DNA of 64,000 nt from Mobula hypostoma (taxonomy: Eukaryota). Below the pieces are notes generated by a model. That model saw only the letters and a list, made by a program, of their open reading frames with translations. It ran no database searches and was not told where the DNA came from. The DNA is taken from positions 74,030,001 to 74,094,000 of the forward strand of contig NC_086108.1 of assembly GCF_963921235.1 (NCBI RefSeq), in the 5' to 3' direction. This document shows positions 37,963 to 50,721 of this stretch, piece by piece; the stretch's first letter is position 1, and every line of letters starts with the position of its first letter. The position numbers and the translations under genes are program-made.

Positions 37963-40928
37963 ATAGAACATAGAATAGAACAGCACAGTACAGGCCCTTT
38001 GGCCCACAATGTTGTGCCAACCCTCAAACCCTGCCTCCCATATAAGCACCCACCTTAAATTCCTCCATATACCTATCTAGTAGTCTCTTAAACTTCATCA
38101 GTGTATCTGCCTCCACCACTGACTCAGGCAGTGCATTCCATGCACCAACCACTCTCTGAGTAAAAAACCTTCCTCTAATATCCCCCTTGAACTTCCCACC
38201 CCTTACCCTAAAGCCATGTCCTCTTGTATTGAGCAGCGGTGCCCTGGGGAAGAGGCGCTGGCTATCCGCTCTATCTATTCCTCATATAATCTTGTACACC
38301 TCTATCATGTCTCCTCTCATCCTCCTTCTCTCCAAAGAGTAAAGCCCTGTCTCCCTTAATCTTTGATCATAATGCATACTCTCTAAACCAGGCAGCAACC
38401 TGGTAAATCTCCTCTGTACCCTTTCCAATGCTTCCACATCCTTCCTATAGTGAGGCAACCAGAACTGGACACAGTACTCCAAGTGTGGCCTAACCAGAGT
38501 TTTATAGAGCTGCATCATTACATCGCGACTCTTAAACTCTATCCCTCGACTTATGAAAGCTAACACCCCATAAGCTTTCTTAACTACCCTATCCACCTGT
38601 GAGGCAACTTTCAGGGATCTGTGGACATGTACCCCGAGATCCCTCTGCTGCTCCACACTACCAAGTATCCTGCCATTTACTTTGTACTCTGCCTTGGAGT
38701 TTGTCCTTCCAAAGTGTACCACCTCACACTTCTCCGGGTTGAACTCCATCTGCCACTTCTCAGCCCACTTCTGCATCCTATCAATGTCTCTCTGCAATCT
38801 TTGACAATCCTCTACACCATCTACAACACTACCAACCTTTGTGTTGTCTGCAAACTTGCCAACCCACCCTTCTACCCCCACATCCAGGTTGTTAATAACA
38901 ATCACGAAAAGTAGAGGTCCCAGAACAGATCCTTGTGGGACACCACCAGTCACAATCCTCCAATCTGAATGTACTCCCTCCACCACCACCCTCTGCCTTC
39001 TGCAGGCAAGCCAATTCTGAATCCACCTGGCCAAACTTCCCTGGATTCCATGCCTTCTGACTTTCTGAATAAGCCTACCGTGTGCAACCTTGTCAAATGC
39101 CTTATTAAAATCCATACAGATCACATCCACTGCACTACCTTCATCTATATGCCTGGTCACCTCCTCAAAGAACTCTATCAGGCTTGTTAGACACGATCTG
39201 CCCTTCACAAAGCCATGCTGACTGTCCCTGATCAGACCATGATTCTCTAAATGCCCAGAGATCCTATCTCTAAGAATCTTTTCCAACAGCTTTCCCACCA
39301 CAGACGTAAGGCTCACTGGTCTATAATTACCCGGACTATCCCTACTACCTTTTTTGAACAAGGGGACAATATTCGCCTCCCTCCAATCCTCCAGTGCCAT
39401 TCCTGTGGACAACGAGGACATAAAGATCCTAGCCAGAGGCTCAGCAATCTCTTCCCTCGCCTCGTGGAGCAGCCTGGGGAATATTCCGTCAGGACCCAGG
39501 GACTTATCCATCCTAATGTATTTTAACAACTCCAACACCTCCTCTCCCTTAATATCAACATGCTCCAGAACATCAACCTCACTCATATTGTCCTCACCGT
39601 CATCAAGTTCCCTCTCATTGGTGAATACCGAAGAGACGTATTCATTGAGGACTTCGCTCACTTCCACAGCCTCCAGGCACATCTTCCCACCTTTATCTCT
39701 AATCGGTCCTACTTTCACTCCTGTCATCCTTTTTTTCTTCACATAATTGAAGAATGCCTTGGGGTTTTCCTTTACCCTACTCACCAGGGCCTTCTCATGC
39801 CCCATTCTCGCTCTTCTCAGCCCCTTCTTAAGCTCCTTTCATGCTTCCCTATATTCCTCAATAGACCCATCTGATCCTTGCTTTCTAAACCTCATGTATG
39901 CTGGCTTCTTCCACCTGACTATAAACACAAAATAATCTACAGATGCTGGGGTCAAAGCAACACTCACAACACGCTGGAGGAACTCAGCAGGTCGGGCAGC
40001 ATCCGTGGAAAAGATCGGTCGACGTTTCGGGCCGGAACGTCGACCGATCTTTTCCACGGATGCTGCCTGACCTGCTGAGTTCCCCCAGCGTGTTGTGAGT
40101 GTTGCTTCCACCTGACTAGATTTTCCACCTCACTTGTCACCCATGGTTCCTTCAGCCTACCATTCTTTATCTTCCTCACTGGGACAAATTTATCCCTAAC
40201 ATCTGCAAGAGATCGCTAAACATCGACCACATGTCCATAGTACATTTCCCTGCAAAAACATCATCCTAATTCACACTCGCAAGTTCTAGCCTTATAGCCT
40301 CATAATTTGCCCTTCCCCAATTAAAAATTTTCCTGCCCTCTCTGATTCTATCCTTTTCCATGATAATGCTAAAGGCCAGGGAGCGGTGGTCACTGTCCCC
40401 CACTGAGAGATCTGTGACCTGACCCGGTTCATTACCTAGTACTAGATCTAGTATGGCATTCCCCCTAGTCAGCCTGTCCACATACTGTGACAGGAATCCG
40501 TCCTGGACACACTTACCAAACTCTGCCCCATCTAAACCCTTGGAACTAATCAGCTGCCAATCAATATTAGGGAAGTTAAAGTCATCCATGATAACAACCC
40601 TGTTATTTTTGCACCTTTCCAAAATCTGCCTCCCAATCTGCTCCTCTGTATCTCTGCTGCTACCAGGGGGCCTATAGAATACCTCCAATAGAGTAACTGC
40701 TCCCTTCCTGTTCCTGACTTCCACCCATACTGACTCAAAAGAGGATCCTGTTACATTACCCACCCTTTCTGTAGCTGTAATAGTATCCCTGACCAGTAAT
40801 GCCACCCCTCCTCCCCTTTTTCCACCCTCTCTATCCCTTTTAAAGCACTGAAATCCAGGAATATTGAGAATTCATTCCTGCCCTGGTGCCAGCCAAGTCT
40901 CTGTAATGGCCACTACATCATAATTCCA
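37963..40928 (-). mobile_element. Young CR1 LINE (APE to 3' end) inserted in an older plus-strand CR1
   Basis: 507-aa RT ORF 38282-39805 and APE ORF 40266-40805; 3' tail at 37963. Confidence 0.95.
39922..40104. mobile_element. Palindromic Penelope-like terminal-repeat insertion with 14-bp TSD
   Basis: TSD cttccacctgacta at 39908-39921 and 40105-40118; inverted arms about 39957-40028 and 40035-40105. Confidence 0.85.
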
Positions 40929-42018
40929 GTTGCTTGGCATTCAGGATAAGGTAGCAAATTGGATTAGACACTGGCTTTGTGGGCGAAGAGGGTTAGTGGT
41001 AGTACAGCGTTTCCTCTCTGACTCGTGGCCTATGACTTGTGGTGTGCTGCAGGGATCGGTGCTGGGTCCTTTGTTGTCATTTATATCAATGATCTGGATG
41101 ATAATGTGGTTAACTGGATCAGCAAATTTATGGACAACACCAAGATTGGGGATGTAGTGGGCAGTGAGGAAGGCTATCATAGCTTGCAGAGTAATCGGCA
41201 TCAGCTGGAAAAATGGGCTGAAAAATGGCAGATGGAATTTAATGCAGACAAGTGCAAGATTTTGCCCTTTGGTACAACCAACCAGAGTAAGTGTTACAGA
41301 GTGAACGGTAGGGCACTGAGGAAAGAGGGAGGACAAAGGGATCTGGGAGTACAAGTCCATAATTTATTGAAAGTGGTGTCACAGGTAGATAAGGTTGTAA
41401 AGAAAGCTCTTAGCACATTGGCCTTCATAAATCAATGCAGTGAGTACAGGAGATGGGATGTTATGTTGAAGTTGTATAAGATGTTGGTGAGGCCCAACTT
41501 TGAGTATTGTGTACAATTTTGGCCACCTACCTACAGGAAACATGTAAACAAGGTTGAAAGAGTGGAAGAGAAAATTTTCAAGGATGTTACCGGGTCTGGA
41601 GGGCCTGAGTTACAAGGAAAGATTAAATAGGTTCAGACTGTATTCTTTAGAACAAAGATAGAGAAGAGAATGAATACAGGTATACAAAACTATGAGGGGT
41701 ATATATAGAGTAAATGCAAGCAGGCTTTTTCCATTGAGGTTGTGTGGGACTACAACCAGAGGTCATGGGTTAAGTATGAAAGGCAAGAAGTTTCAAGGGA
41801 ACATGAGGGGAAACTTCTTCAGAGGGTTGTCAGTGTATGGAATTAGCAGCCACACACTGTTTAAGAAAAGTTCAGATAGGCACACGAATAGTAGATGTAC
41901 AGAGGGCTATGGTTCCGGAGCAGGTCGATAGGAGTAGGCAGTTTAAATCGTTTTGACATGGACTAGATGGGCCAAAGGGCCTGTTTCTGTGCTGTATGCT
42001 TCTTTGACTATGACTCTA
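40929..42018 (+). mobile_element. Older CR1 LINE 3' part (its 5' piece is at about 37920-37962)
   Basis: ORFs 40930-41157, 41025-41630, 41692-41931; the RLVKKVQ|LLGIQ reading is split by the young CR1. Confidence 0.88.
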
Positions 42019-42186
42019 AAACATTCTTCTCTCATTGGATTTTTCTTTTGCAATGTTCAATCACAACAATTTTTTAGATATAGGATGCTCCAAGATTTTT
42101 TCCCGAGATTATAATTTTCTGTGTCTGTTTGCTTAAATAATTACATCCTAAAGTCTTTTATTGCAAGAATTAAGTCAATTCTTCAC

Positions 42187-42337
42187 CTCCCATTGCAGCA
42201 CCAAAGCTCCCTCTTCGAAGTTTTGCATCATCTTCACTGAACTGGTGTAGGACTTTAGAAACTTTTCCTGATGAACAATCGAGATCAGGATTGCTCAATT
42301 TCCTGAAAAGCCACGGAGAGGTTCCAGAAAGCTCTGC
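42187..42337 (-). CDS. MAST: Internal coding exon (151 nt, phase 0 to 1) of a MAST-family microtubule-associated serine/threonine kinase, N-terminal region
   Basis: Minus strand: acceptor attcttttgacAG, donor GTgaag. Translation AELSGTSPWLFRKLSNPDLDCSSGKVSKVLHQFSEDDAKLRRGSFGAAMG(G) matches the FRKxSNPD...SxD..L.RG N-terminal segment of MAST2/MAST4 long isoforms as recalled. Paralog not determined. Confidence 0.9.
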
Positions 42338-42974
42338 CTGTCAAAAGAATATTTTGTTTTTAGAATCAAGTATGAGTCCAGCATTTTTCAATTCAATTAT
42401 CACAACAAGTAAACTCACACGCCATGGAGCAACAACTCTTTTTAGAAAAAAATGTCAATTCTGATGATGATTAGATTTTGAGAGATCAATTTAAGGGATT
42501 AGAATTGATTGAGAGCAATAAAAGGCAGCAGCAGTTACATCTATACACATAACAGAAATGGACGCAAGTTCATCATGATGTGTTAATTGGAGAAGACACA
42601 CAAATTTCTCCTATGCATATCAGTTTTAGAAAAGACAGTAATAAACCAGAGACATTTTTAATCAAGTGGGATTGTTCCTGGCAGTAAGAGTGAACATGAA
42701 TGTAAAAACAGATGCAGTCACAAATAGAGGCTATTGCACAAGTTACTCACCACAGTACCAGCGGGTGTTGTTAGATTTAAAGGAATGAGTCTGCTGTCCA
42801 TTATCGCAAAAAACAGATAACTGGAGGATGTAACCACTGTGTCCTCATCACAACTTAAATTGGGTATTCGTGCCTCTATTTTCTCTTTAACAATAAACTT
42901 AGAAACTCAGATCTGATGCAAATTACTAAAGGGTTTTATTTATGCACATTAATCTGATAATCAGATTTACTTAC

Positions 42975-45760
42975 TTCAAAGTAAACTTATTATCAAGGTA
43001 CATATGTCACCATATACTGCCCTGAGATTCATTTTCCTATGGGTATTCATGTAAATGCAAAGAAACACAATGAAATCAAGGGAAAAGTGCAAAGACAGAT
43101 AACAACCAACATGCAAAAGACAAACTGAAAATTCAAAGTGGAAAAAAAATAATAATAATAAGGGTGCCACAGGATCACGACGCTATTACAGATAGGGCAG
43201 AGATCAGAATTCAATCTCGGTGTCCTCTGTAAGGAATCTGTATATCCTTCCTGTGGAATACATGGGTTTCTCCCATTTCCTCCCACAGTCCAAAAGCCTA
43301 GGTTAGGGTTAAGTCGGGGTTGTCGATGGTTGCTGGGCGGTGCACCTCGGTGGGTCAGAAGGGCCTATTCCATGATGTATCTCTAAATAGCATAAAATAT
43401 CTATAAGTAAAATAAAAATAAAGATTGAGACTATGAGACGAAGAGTCCTTGAAATTGATTTCATAGGTTGTGGGATAAGTTCAGTATTGGGGTGTGCGAA
43501 CATATGCCCTCTTGTTCAAGAGCCTGATGGTTGAGGGGTAATAACTATTATTGAAACTGGTGGTGTAGGACCTGAGGCTCGTGTACCTGCTTTCTGATGG
43601 CAGCAGTGATAAGACAGCATTGCCTGGATGGTGGGAATCCTTGATAATGGATGATTTCCTGAGACAGCACTCCTTGTAGATGTGCTCAATGATGGGGAGT
43701 GTTTTACTCACGACGGACTGGGCTGTATCCACTACATTTTTCAGGCTTTTCCATTCAATGATGTTTCCATACCAGGACATGATGCAACCAGGCAATATAC
43801 TTTCCATTGCTCATCAATGGAAGTTCATCATAGTTTTAGATATTATGCCAAATCTTCGCAAACCTTCAAGCAGAGGCACTGTTGTAAAGGTGCTTGTGTG
43901 CTGGACCTAGAACACATCCGCTGAAATAATACTGCTGAGAAATTTAAAGTTGCTGATCTTCTCTATCCTGATCCCCTGATGAGGCCAGCTTATGGACATT
44001 TGGTTTCCTCCTTCCAATAATCAGCTCTTTGGTTTTGCTAACTTTCAGTAAGAGGTTATTGCGGTACCTTCTTCCTGATGGCATGAGGGAGAACAGAGCA
44101 TGATCTGGGTGGTGGGAGTCCCTGATGACAGATGCTGCTTTCCTGCGACAATGCTCTGTGTAGATGTGCTCAGTTGTGAGGAGGGCTTTATCCATGATGG
44201 GCTAGGCTGTATCCACTACTTTTTGTAGGATTTTCTATTCGAGGGCATTGGTGTTACCCTATCAGGCTGTGATGCAGCTAGTCAAATATACTCTCCACCA
44301 CAGATCAACAGAAGTTCGTCACAGTTTTAGATGTCATGTCAAACCTTCGCAAACTCCTAAGGAAGTAGAAGCACTGCTGTGCTTTCTTTGTAATTGCACT
44401 TTCATGCCGAGACCAGACAGATCCTCTGAAAACACTGAGGAATTTAAAGTTGCTGACCCTCTCCACCTGTGATCTCCCGATGAGAAATGGCTCAAGGTCC
44501 GCTGGTTTTCTCCTGTTGTAGTTATAATCAGCTCCTTGGTCTTGCTGACTTTGAGTGAGAGGGTGTTGCAGTGACACCACTCAGTCACAGGATCATTAGG
44601 AGCTGTGCGAGCGTGACCTCGTGATGGTCAATGCAACCAGAGAAGGCATTGATTCATCTGGAAGCAAAGCTCATTGTCACCCATGTTGCTTGATTTTACT
44701 TCATTCAGTTGATAGCACTCAAGCCCTGCCACAACTGTCGGGCATCTTTCATTGATTCAAATTTAATCCAGAATTGCCATTTCACCTGTGAGATCATACC
44801 AGGATCTCTTCTAACTTTCTTGAGCCCCAGGCTTGAATACCTCTGATCTGACCCTCAGCATATTGTAGATGTCATGGTTCATCCAGGACTTCTGGTTAGG
44901 GAAGACTGAATGATTCTATACTTGCCTGTAATTGTTTTCATAAAGTCCGTGACAACCACGGTGTACTCATTTGAGTCCTTGAACAATGCCCGGTCCACTG
45001 ATGTGAAACAACTCCATAGCAGCTCCCCTGCCTCCCACGTCCAGCTCTTTGTTCTTTTGCCTCTGCCGGTGGGCAAGTTGGAGAAGTTCAGCCAAATGAT
45101 CAGATTTCCCAAAATGTGCTCCGGGCTTGGAACGGTAAGGGAGCGCTAATATGTTGGAACCTCTGATGGTAACTGGGCAGGGATTTCTTCAAACAAACCT
45201 GAATGAAATCCCCAACTATGATATGAAATGTGTCAGGATAGATTGTTTCTTGTTTGGAGACGGAATCAAGCAGCATCTCAAACGTTTGATTATAGTGAAC
45301 TGCTGGTGATTTATAAACAGCAGTCTAGCTATGGTGGACTTAGAACGAACAGTAATAGAATGGATGGTGTTTAATCGTTAGGTGTTCAAGGTCAGGGGAA
45401 CACGAGTTTGACAAAATAGCCACATCAGAGCACCACAGAGAGTTTATTATGAAACAGACACTTCCACCTTTTGCCTTTTATGAATCAACAGTTGATCCAT
45501 TCTGCACATTGAGAAGCCTTCAGGTCTGATCACCATATCTTGTGTATTCTGAGTAAGCCATGTCTCGGTAAAACACAGAACACAAAACACAACAATTTCT
45601 CAAACCCCTTCCATACACCAATCTTGCCCTCAGGTCCTCAATTTAATTCTCCAGCAAGGGCACATTTGCTAACAAGATACTGGGTATAGGAGTCCTCATT
45701 CCTCTGCATTTCAGCCTTCACCCCCCCCCCCACCCAGCCTCACTTCAGACCATGACAATG
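42975..45760 (-). mobile_element. Cluster of decayed Rex1/Babar-type LINE fragments (3' tail, RT, APE remnants)
   Basis: ORFs 43481-43807, 43944-44195, 44305-44588, 44879-45112. Confidence 0.75.
43165..43390 (+). mobile_element. Decayed V-SINE (HE1-like) with CR1-type tail
   Basis: atgggtttctcc...tttcctcccacagtccaaa central-domain motif, then gaagggcct...tgtatctctaaat. Confidence 0.55.
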
Positions 45761-46139
45761 AACTTCCATCTACTTACTTAAAGGTGCCATACCTGATGGC
45801 TTGAGTGTTAAGTATGGCAAGTCCTTCTGAAGATCCTGAAGTCTGCAATTCATTAAGTTGATTTAAAAGCACACTGCTTAAAGGCAAATTACATACTACA
45901 ACTTGCAGTGAGAGTAATTCAAAAGAGGTCTGTTCAGAACAATTGTATATAGACTGCAGAACATTGCCGTGCTTCACCATCATCTTGCACAATGCCTTAC
46001 ACAATTTTTAATAACGAAGCCTCCAATTACTTACCTCATAGTACTTCTGCTTTAAATCTGACAGGCACTATAGTCCTTGCTGGACTATACTTGGGGGCCT
46101 TGCTTCTAGTAGCAACATAGCATGTACACAACTTTCTGC

Positions 46140-46280
46140 ACCTAACAGACAACCAGACAAGCCAGAAGAAACCCATGCAGGCATGGGGAGAACATACAAA
46201 CTCCTTGCAGACACAATGTGAATTGATCCCTAGTTGCTGACGATGAGAAGTGTTGCACTACCTGTTATGCTACTGTATCA
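46140..46280 (-). mobile_element. Decayed V-SINE fragment
   Basis: gaagaaacccatgca..catggggagaacatacaaactcctt motif (reverse of the V-domain); a similar fragment lies at about 56390-56490. Confidence 0.5.
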
Positions 46281-47056
46281 CGCTCTTGTTCGTTCAAGTG
46301 CCCCTGTTCTTAACTGAAAGGGACCAATATCTTATCGTTATACATGTGCCAGAATTATCAAATGTGAAGATACAGTTATAAATTTTTTGCATTAGCACTG
46401 GAGAAATTAATAACACCTTTCAAATCACAAATTATATAACTGAAAATCATAATTCATACCTTTAAGAGACAAGGTGAGAAGCATTTCTTTTGTGAAAATA
46501 CATTCCAAAACAGAGTTTTATGGAATGGAGAGCATAACAGCAGGAGTTACTTCTAAACAGGGTTAAATGACATGCAAAATGGAGCAATTGTAGATTTTGC
46601 AGCATTTAGGCTCAAGAAGATTAAATGGTATGAAATAGCAACTTCAGAAGAATAAAGAGAATGATAAAATGGACAAAAGGGGCGAATGATAACACAGTGA
46701 TATATTTTGGAAGGCAAAGAAATCCAAAGTAAACTGGATAGTTACATTTCAAAAGGAGGGTACAGCAATTAGGTGATCAGGGTGGTGGTTGGAGATTGCA
46801 TGGTTTATCACCTGTGAGGCAAATTAGGTACTTACTCGTTATTTATATTTTACTTCAAATTTTCCAGCATTCTTTGGCAAAAATCACTCCCTTAACAAGC
46901 CTTTACATCCCCAAATAAATTGAATTTTGCTTTATAAACATAGTATCTTATAAAACAGTATTCTGCAGGAGTTGAACAAAAATAATCGATGCCACATTTC
47001 TTTAGCTTGGCATCTCCTATATTTCAGAAAGCTGGAGCAAACTAATATTCAGAAAC

Positions 47057-48052
47057 AACAGGAATTCTGCAGATGCTGGAAATTCAAGCAACACACATCA
47101 AAGTTGCTGGTGAACGCAGCAGGCCAAGCAGCATCTATAGGAAGAGGCGCAGTCGACGTTTCAGGCCGAGACCCTTCGTCAGGACTAACTGAAGGAAGAG
47201 TGAGTAAGGGATTTGAAAGCTGGAGGGGGAGGGGGAGATGCAAAATGATAGGAGAAGACAGGAGGGGGAGGGATAGAGCCGAGAGCTGGACAGGTGATAG
47301 GCAAAAGGGGATATGAGAGGATCATGGGACAGGAGGTCCGGGAAGAAAGACGGGGGGGGAGGGGTGACCCAGAGGATGGGCAAGAGGTATATTCAGAGGG
47401 ACAGAGGGAGAAAAAGGAGAGTGAGAGAAAGAATGTGTGCATAAAAAAGAGTAACAGATGGGGTACGAGGGGGAGGTGGGGCCTAGCGGAAGTTAGAGAA
47501 GTCAATGTTCATGCCATCAGGTTGGAGGCTACCCGTACGGAATATAAGGTGTTGTTCCTCCAACCTGAGTGTGGCTTCATCTTTACAGTACAGGAGGCCG
47601 TGGATAGACATGTCAGAATGGGAATGGGATGTGGAATTAAAATGTGTAGCCACTGGGAGATCCTGCTTTCTCTGGTGGACAGAGCGTAGATGTTCAGCAA
47701 AGCGGTCTCCCAGTCTGCGTCGGGTCTCACCAATATATAAAAGGCCACATCGGGAGCACCGGACGCAGTATATCACCCCAGTCGACTCACAGGTGAAGTG
47801 ATGCCTCACCTGGAAGGACTGTTTGGGGCCCTGAATGGTGGTAAGGGAGGAAGTGTAAGGGCATGTGTAGCACTTGTTCCGCTTACACGGATAAGTGCCA
47901 GAAGGGAGATCAGTGGGGAGGGATGGGGGGGACGAATGGACAAGGGAGTTGTGTAGGGAGCGATCCCTGTGGAATGCAGAGAGATGGGGGGAGGGAAAGA
48001 TATGCTTAGTGGTGGGATCCCGTTGGAGGTGGCGGAAGTTACGGAGAACTTA
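47057..48052 (-). mobile_element. Young 5'-truncated Penelope-like element: Cys-rich linker + GIY-YIG endonuclease + terminal repeat
   Basis: Uninterrupted frame 48046-47483: ...PCKRNKCYTC...HFTCESTGVIYCVRCSRCGLLYIGETRRRLGDRFAEH...PDGMN. TSD aatattcagaaac at 47044-47056 and 48053-48065. Confidence 0.92.
47151..47186 (-). ncRNA. Minimal type I hammerhead ribozyme motif (Penelope-associated)
   Basis: Same 36-mer as 17771-17806: AGTCCTGACGAAGGGTCTCGGCCTGAAACGTCGACT. Confidence 0.75.
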
Positions 48053-49100
48053 AATATTCAGAAACTGTCTCAATAAAAGGTCCAAATCTGAGAATAAATC
48101 AGCGGTATGAGATACTGCAGTATCATGTGGCTCCCCTTTCATAAGCTTTTTTTCTTACTCCTCAAATACAAACAACTACCACAAAACCTTAACATTTAAT
48201 CTATCCTATTAGCTATACTGCTGTTAAAAATCGATTTTAGTTCTCTTTAGTTCTCTTCTACAGCCCCTTGTGTCTGTATTGTTTTTCCAGACCACCTCAC
48301 TCCTTTTCATCAGGTAATACACACACCACAGCAACCACCATCACCACCTCTCAACCACCATCACCACACTCAGCAACACCCCATGCCAAAGAGCTCCTTC
48401 CACCCACAGAAGTGAATAGATTCCTTTATTACAAACCCTGTATACATCAAAAATAACAAAATTAAAGCAAGAAACAAATCTGACCATGATTCAAAGTTAA
48501 GTTTAAAAGCTGGTTTCCTAGAACCCATCTTCAAACAGTGAAGAGGTAGAAGGCAAGAATGTTGCAATCATGGTTTTTTTTAAAAAATTCAATCTTCTAG
48601 CATCAAAAGAATAATCAAAAGTTGTCATACGGATGTTATCAGGAAGTGCCTTCAGTTGGTCAATCATATGGCTTTACTAGCTAAACATCCAGTGACATGA
48701 AGTCTATTTCCTTAGATCATCTGATTTCAGAATACCACTGTCAACCTAGAATGCAGAATTAAAATGTGCAGCCCTTTCTGCAACTTCCTAAAAGTATCAA
48801 ACTTAAGTGTTCAATTTGATAAGGTGCTAGACTTGTGATGCTAATAGTTTGGCATAAACTGGCCAACTTGCAAAACAAAGCCAGCAGCTCACTGCGGAAA
48901 TTGAATTCTGTGATGTCATACCAGCACCGTCTCCACTCTTCGACGGGCTGGATACAATGGTCTGAATGAGTTGGCTATCTATTACAAAGAGGTCTTTAGC
49001 AAGTAGTAAGTAGTAAGACACAAGCAATTGGCTGCCAGGGGCCCTGAGGCAGATTGCCCTGGTATGTGTGTATGTATTTATCTACTTATTTATTTACTAA

Positions 49101-50043
49101 GATTACGCCGGATAATTTTGAAAACGCCGGTTTCGAGTAAAAACAACAGGCGTCCACACTAAGCGTTTTTCAAAATATCTCCGTCCACATTAGGCAGGTA
49201 TTTGGGCGAATCTCCTCCTACTGGGCATGCGCAGGACACACAGAAAACAAGCGAAGAGGAAACGATATACTTAGTGCGAGTTTGTCCAGTTACAGAGTAG
49301 AAAAACTTCAAAGGAATTGCTCTTGGCTCTCGCGCAGGAGGACTTAAAACTTAAAAAAAACAAATACTGGAGCGTATGGAGGCAACCGACAGGGAGTTCA
49401 CGGACAGTATGACCCAGCTGACGACGAACATTGAAAAACTGACTAACTCTGTTGCATTAATAAAGCACCTTGTTAAATGTACAAAACGTCTGCATCAGCG
49501 TTATCTTGTATTTCCATATAATGTTACATTAGGCTGTTACACATCTATTGTCAGAGAAGTACTTGCATAAATAGGTAAACCACCTTCATACAAGCAAGGA
49601 CAGAAAACAGGGTGAAGTGAGTATAAGTGAGTCAGTAAGCTATGGGTCAAAGTATTTGGTGAGTACATTTCTAACCCTTCTGGCTTCAGTCTCGTCCATC
49701 TGTTCTGAAATTGTTTGGTGGTGGCATTCAAGAAAACAACGAACATCTGCTCCGGCACGTCATGACAGCATTTTTAAATAGTCAAAAAAGCTCACTTTAC
49801 AATTTAACTCTCACGCCGTTCACACCGACTGCATGTTATAACAGCTTGCGCAGTACCAAGCAGAAGCAGAAAAAAGCATTGTTGTTGTGGTGTTGTCATG
49901 ACAATGTTTTTAAATCTCTCCGTTTACCCCGTACACACTACGCCGGATATTAAGCGTTTTCAGATTTATTCACTCTGGAGAGTGTTTTTGAAAATCTCCG
50001 TTTTCGGGGGCTGAAAACACCGGCTCAGTGTGGACGGGAGGGC
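49101..50043. mobile_element. Non-autonomous DNA transposon, probably PIF/Harbinger-type
   Basis: CpG-rich island with recurring cgtccacact / agtgtggacg and tttgaaaa..tccg subterminal motifs at both ends; no ORF. Confidence 0.5.
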
Positions 50044-50166
50044 ATAGTTTTCCACAGTAGGCTGGTCTGGGGATAGAGCGCTATCTCTTGTTAAACCTGT
50101 TTTTTTAAAACAACTTCTAATGTGTCTGATATTGATGGCATTCAAAATTAAGATTTTAATGCCATG

Positions 50167-50684
50167 TGTGACGCCCAGCAGAGGTACCGGACTGATGATG
50201 CTAATGAGAGAGATAAGAAAGATAATGGAGAAACATTCAAAATGCTAATAAGAGAGAAGAGAGGGATTAACGGGAAAGGAACACAATTCAGCTATTGACA
50301 GACCAGTAGCTTTGAACCTGAACTGTTTGAAGTTTGATGGACAGATGATACCCCAGCAGGGGGATAAAAGGAGCAGGTTTGCTAAGGAACACGACACCAC
50401 GAGACCCTGGAAAGAGTAGTGTGCCCCCACAAGCTGGTGAGAGTTTGGAGGTCTGGTTCGCGGGAACTGATCAGAGGCTCACGGGGTGTAAAGGTACGAT
50501 CAGTGGGAACCTGGAGTGTGTGTCTGCCCTTGCCTGGGTGCCAGGTTCACCGCGGAAGAACAATCGTATCTGGAACGGAGGGGTCACAGTCAGTGACCAG
50601 AGCGGGATAGAAGACATCAAAGGGTCTGCCCGAAACCAACTGCGAAGACATCCAAAAGGTCTGCCTGAAACCATATTGCATCTA

Positions 50685-50721
<37 letters not shown>

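Noticed and set aside
38282..39805. 507-aa ORF as a host gene or active LINE
   Set aside because: CR1 RT with FADN instead of FADD, separated from its endonuclease by an insertion and frameshift, and 5'-truncated
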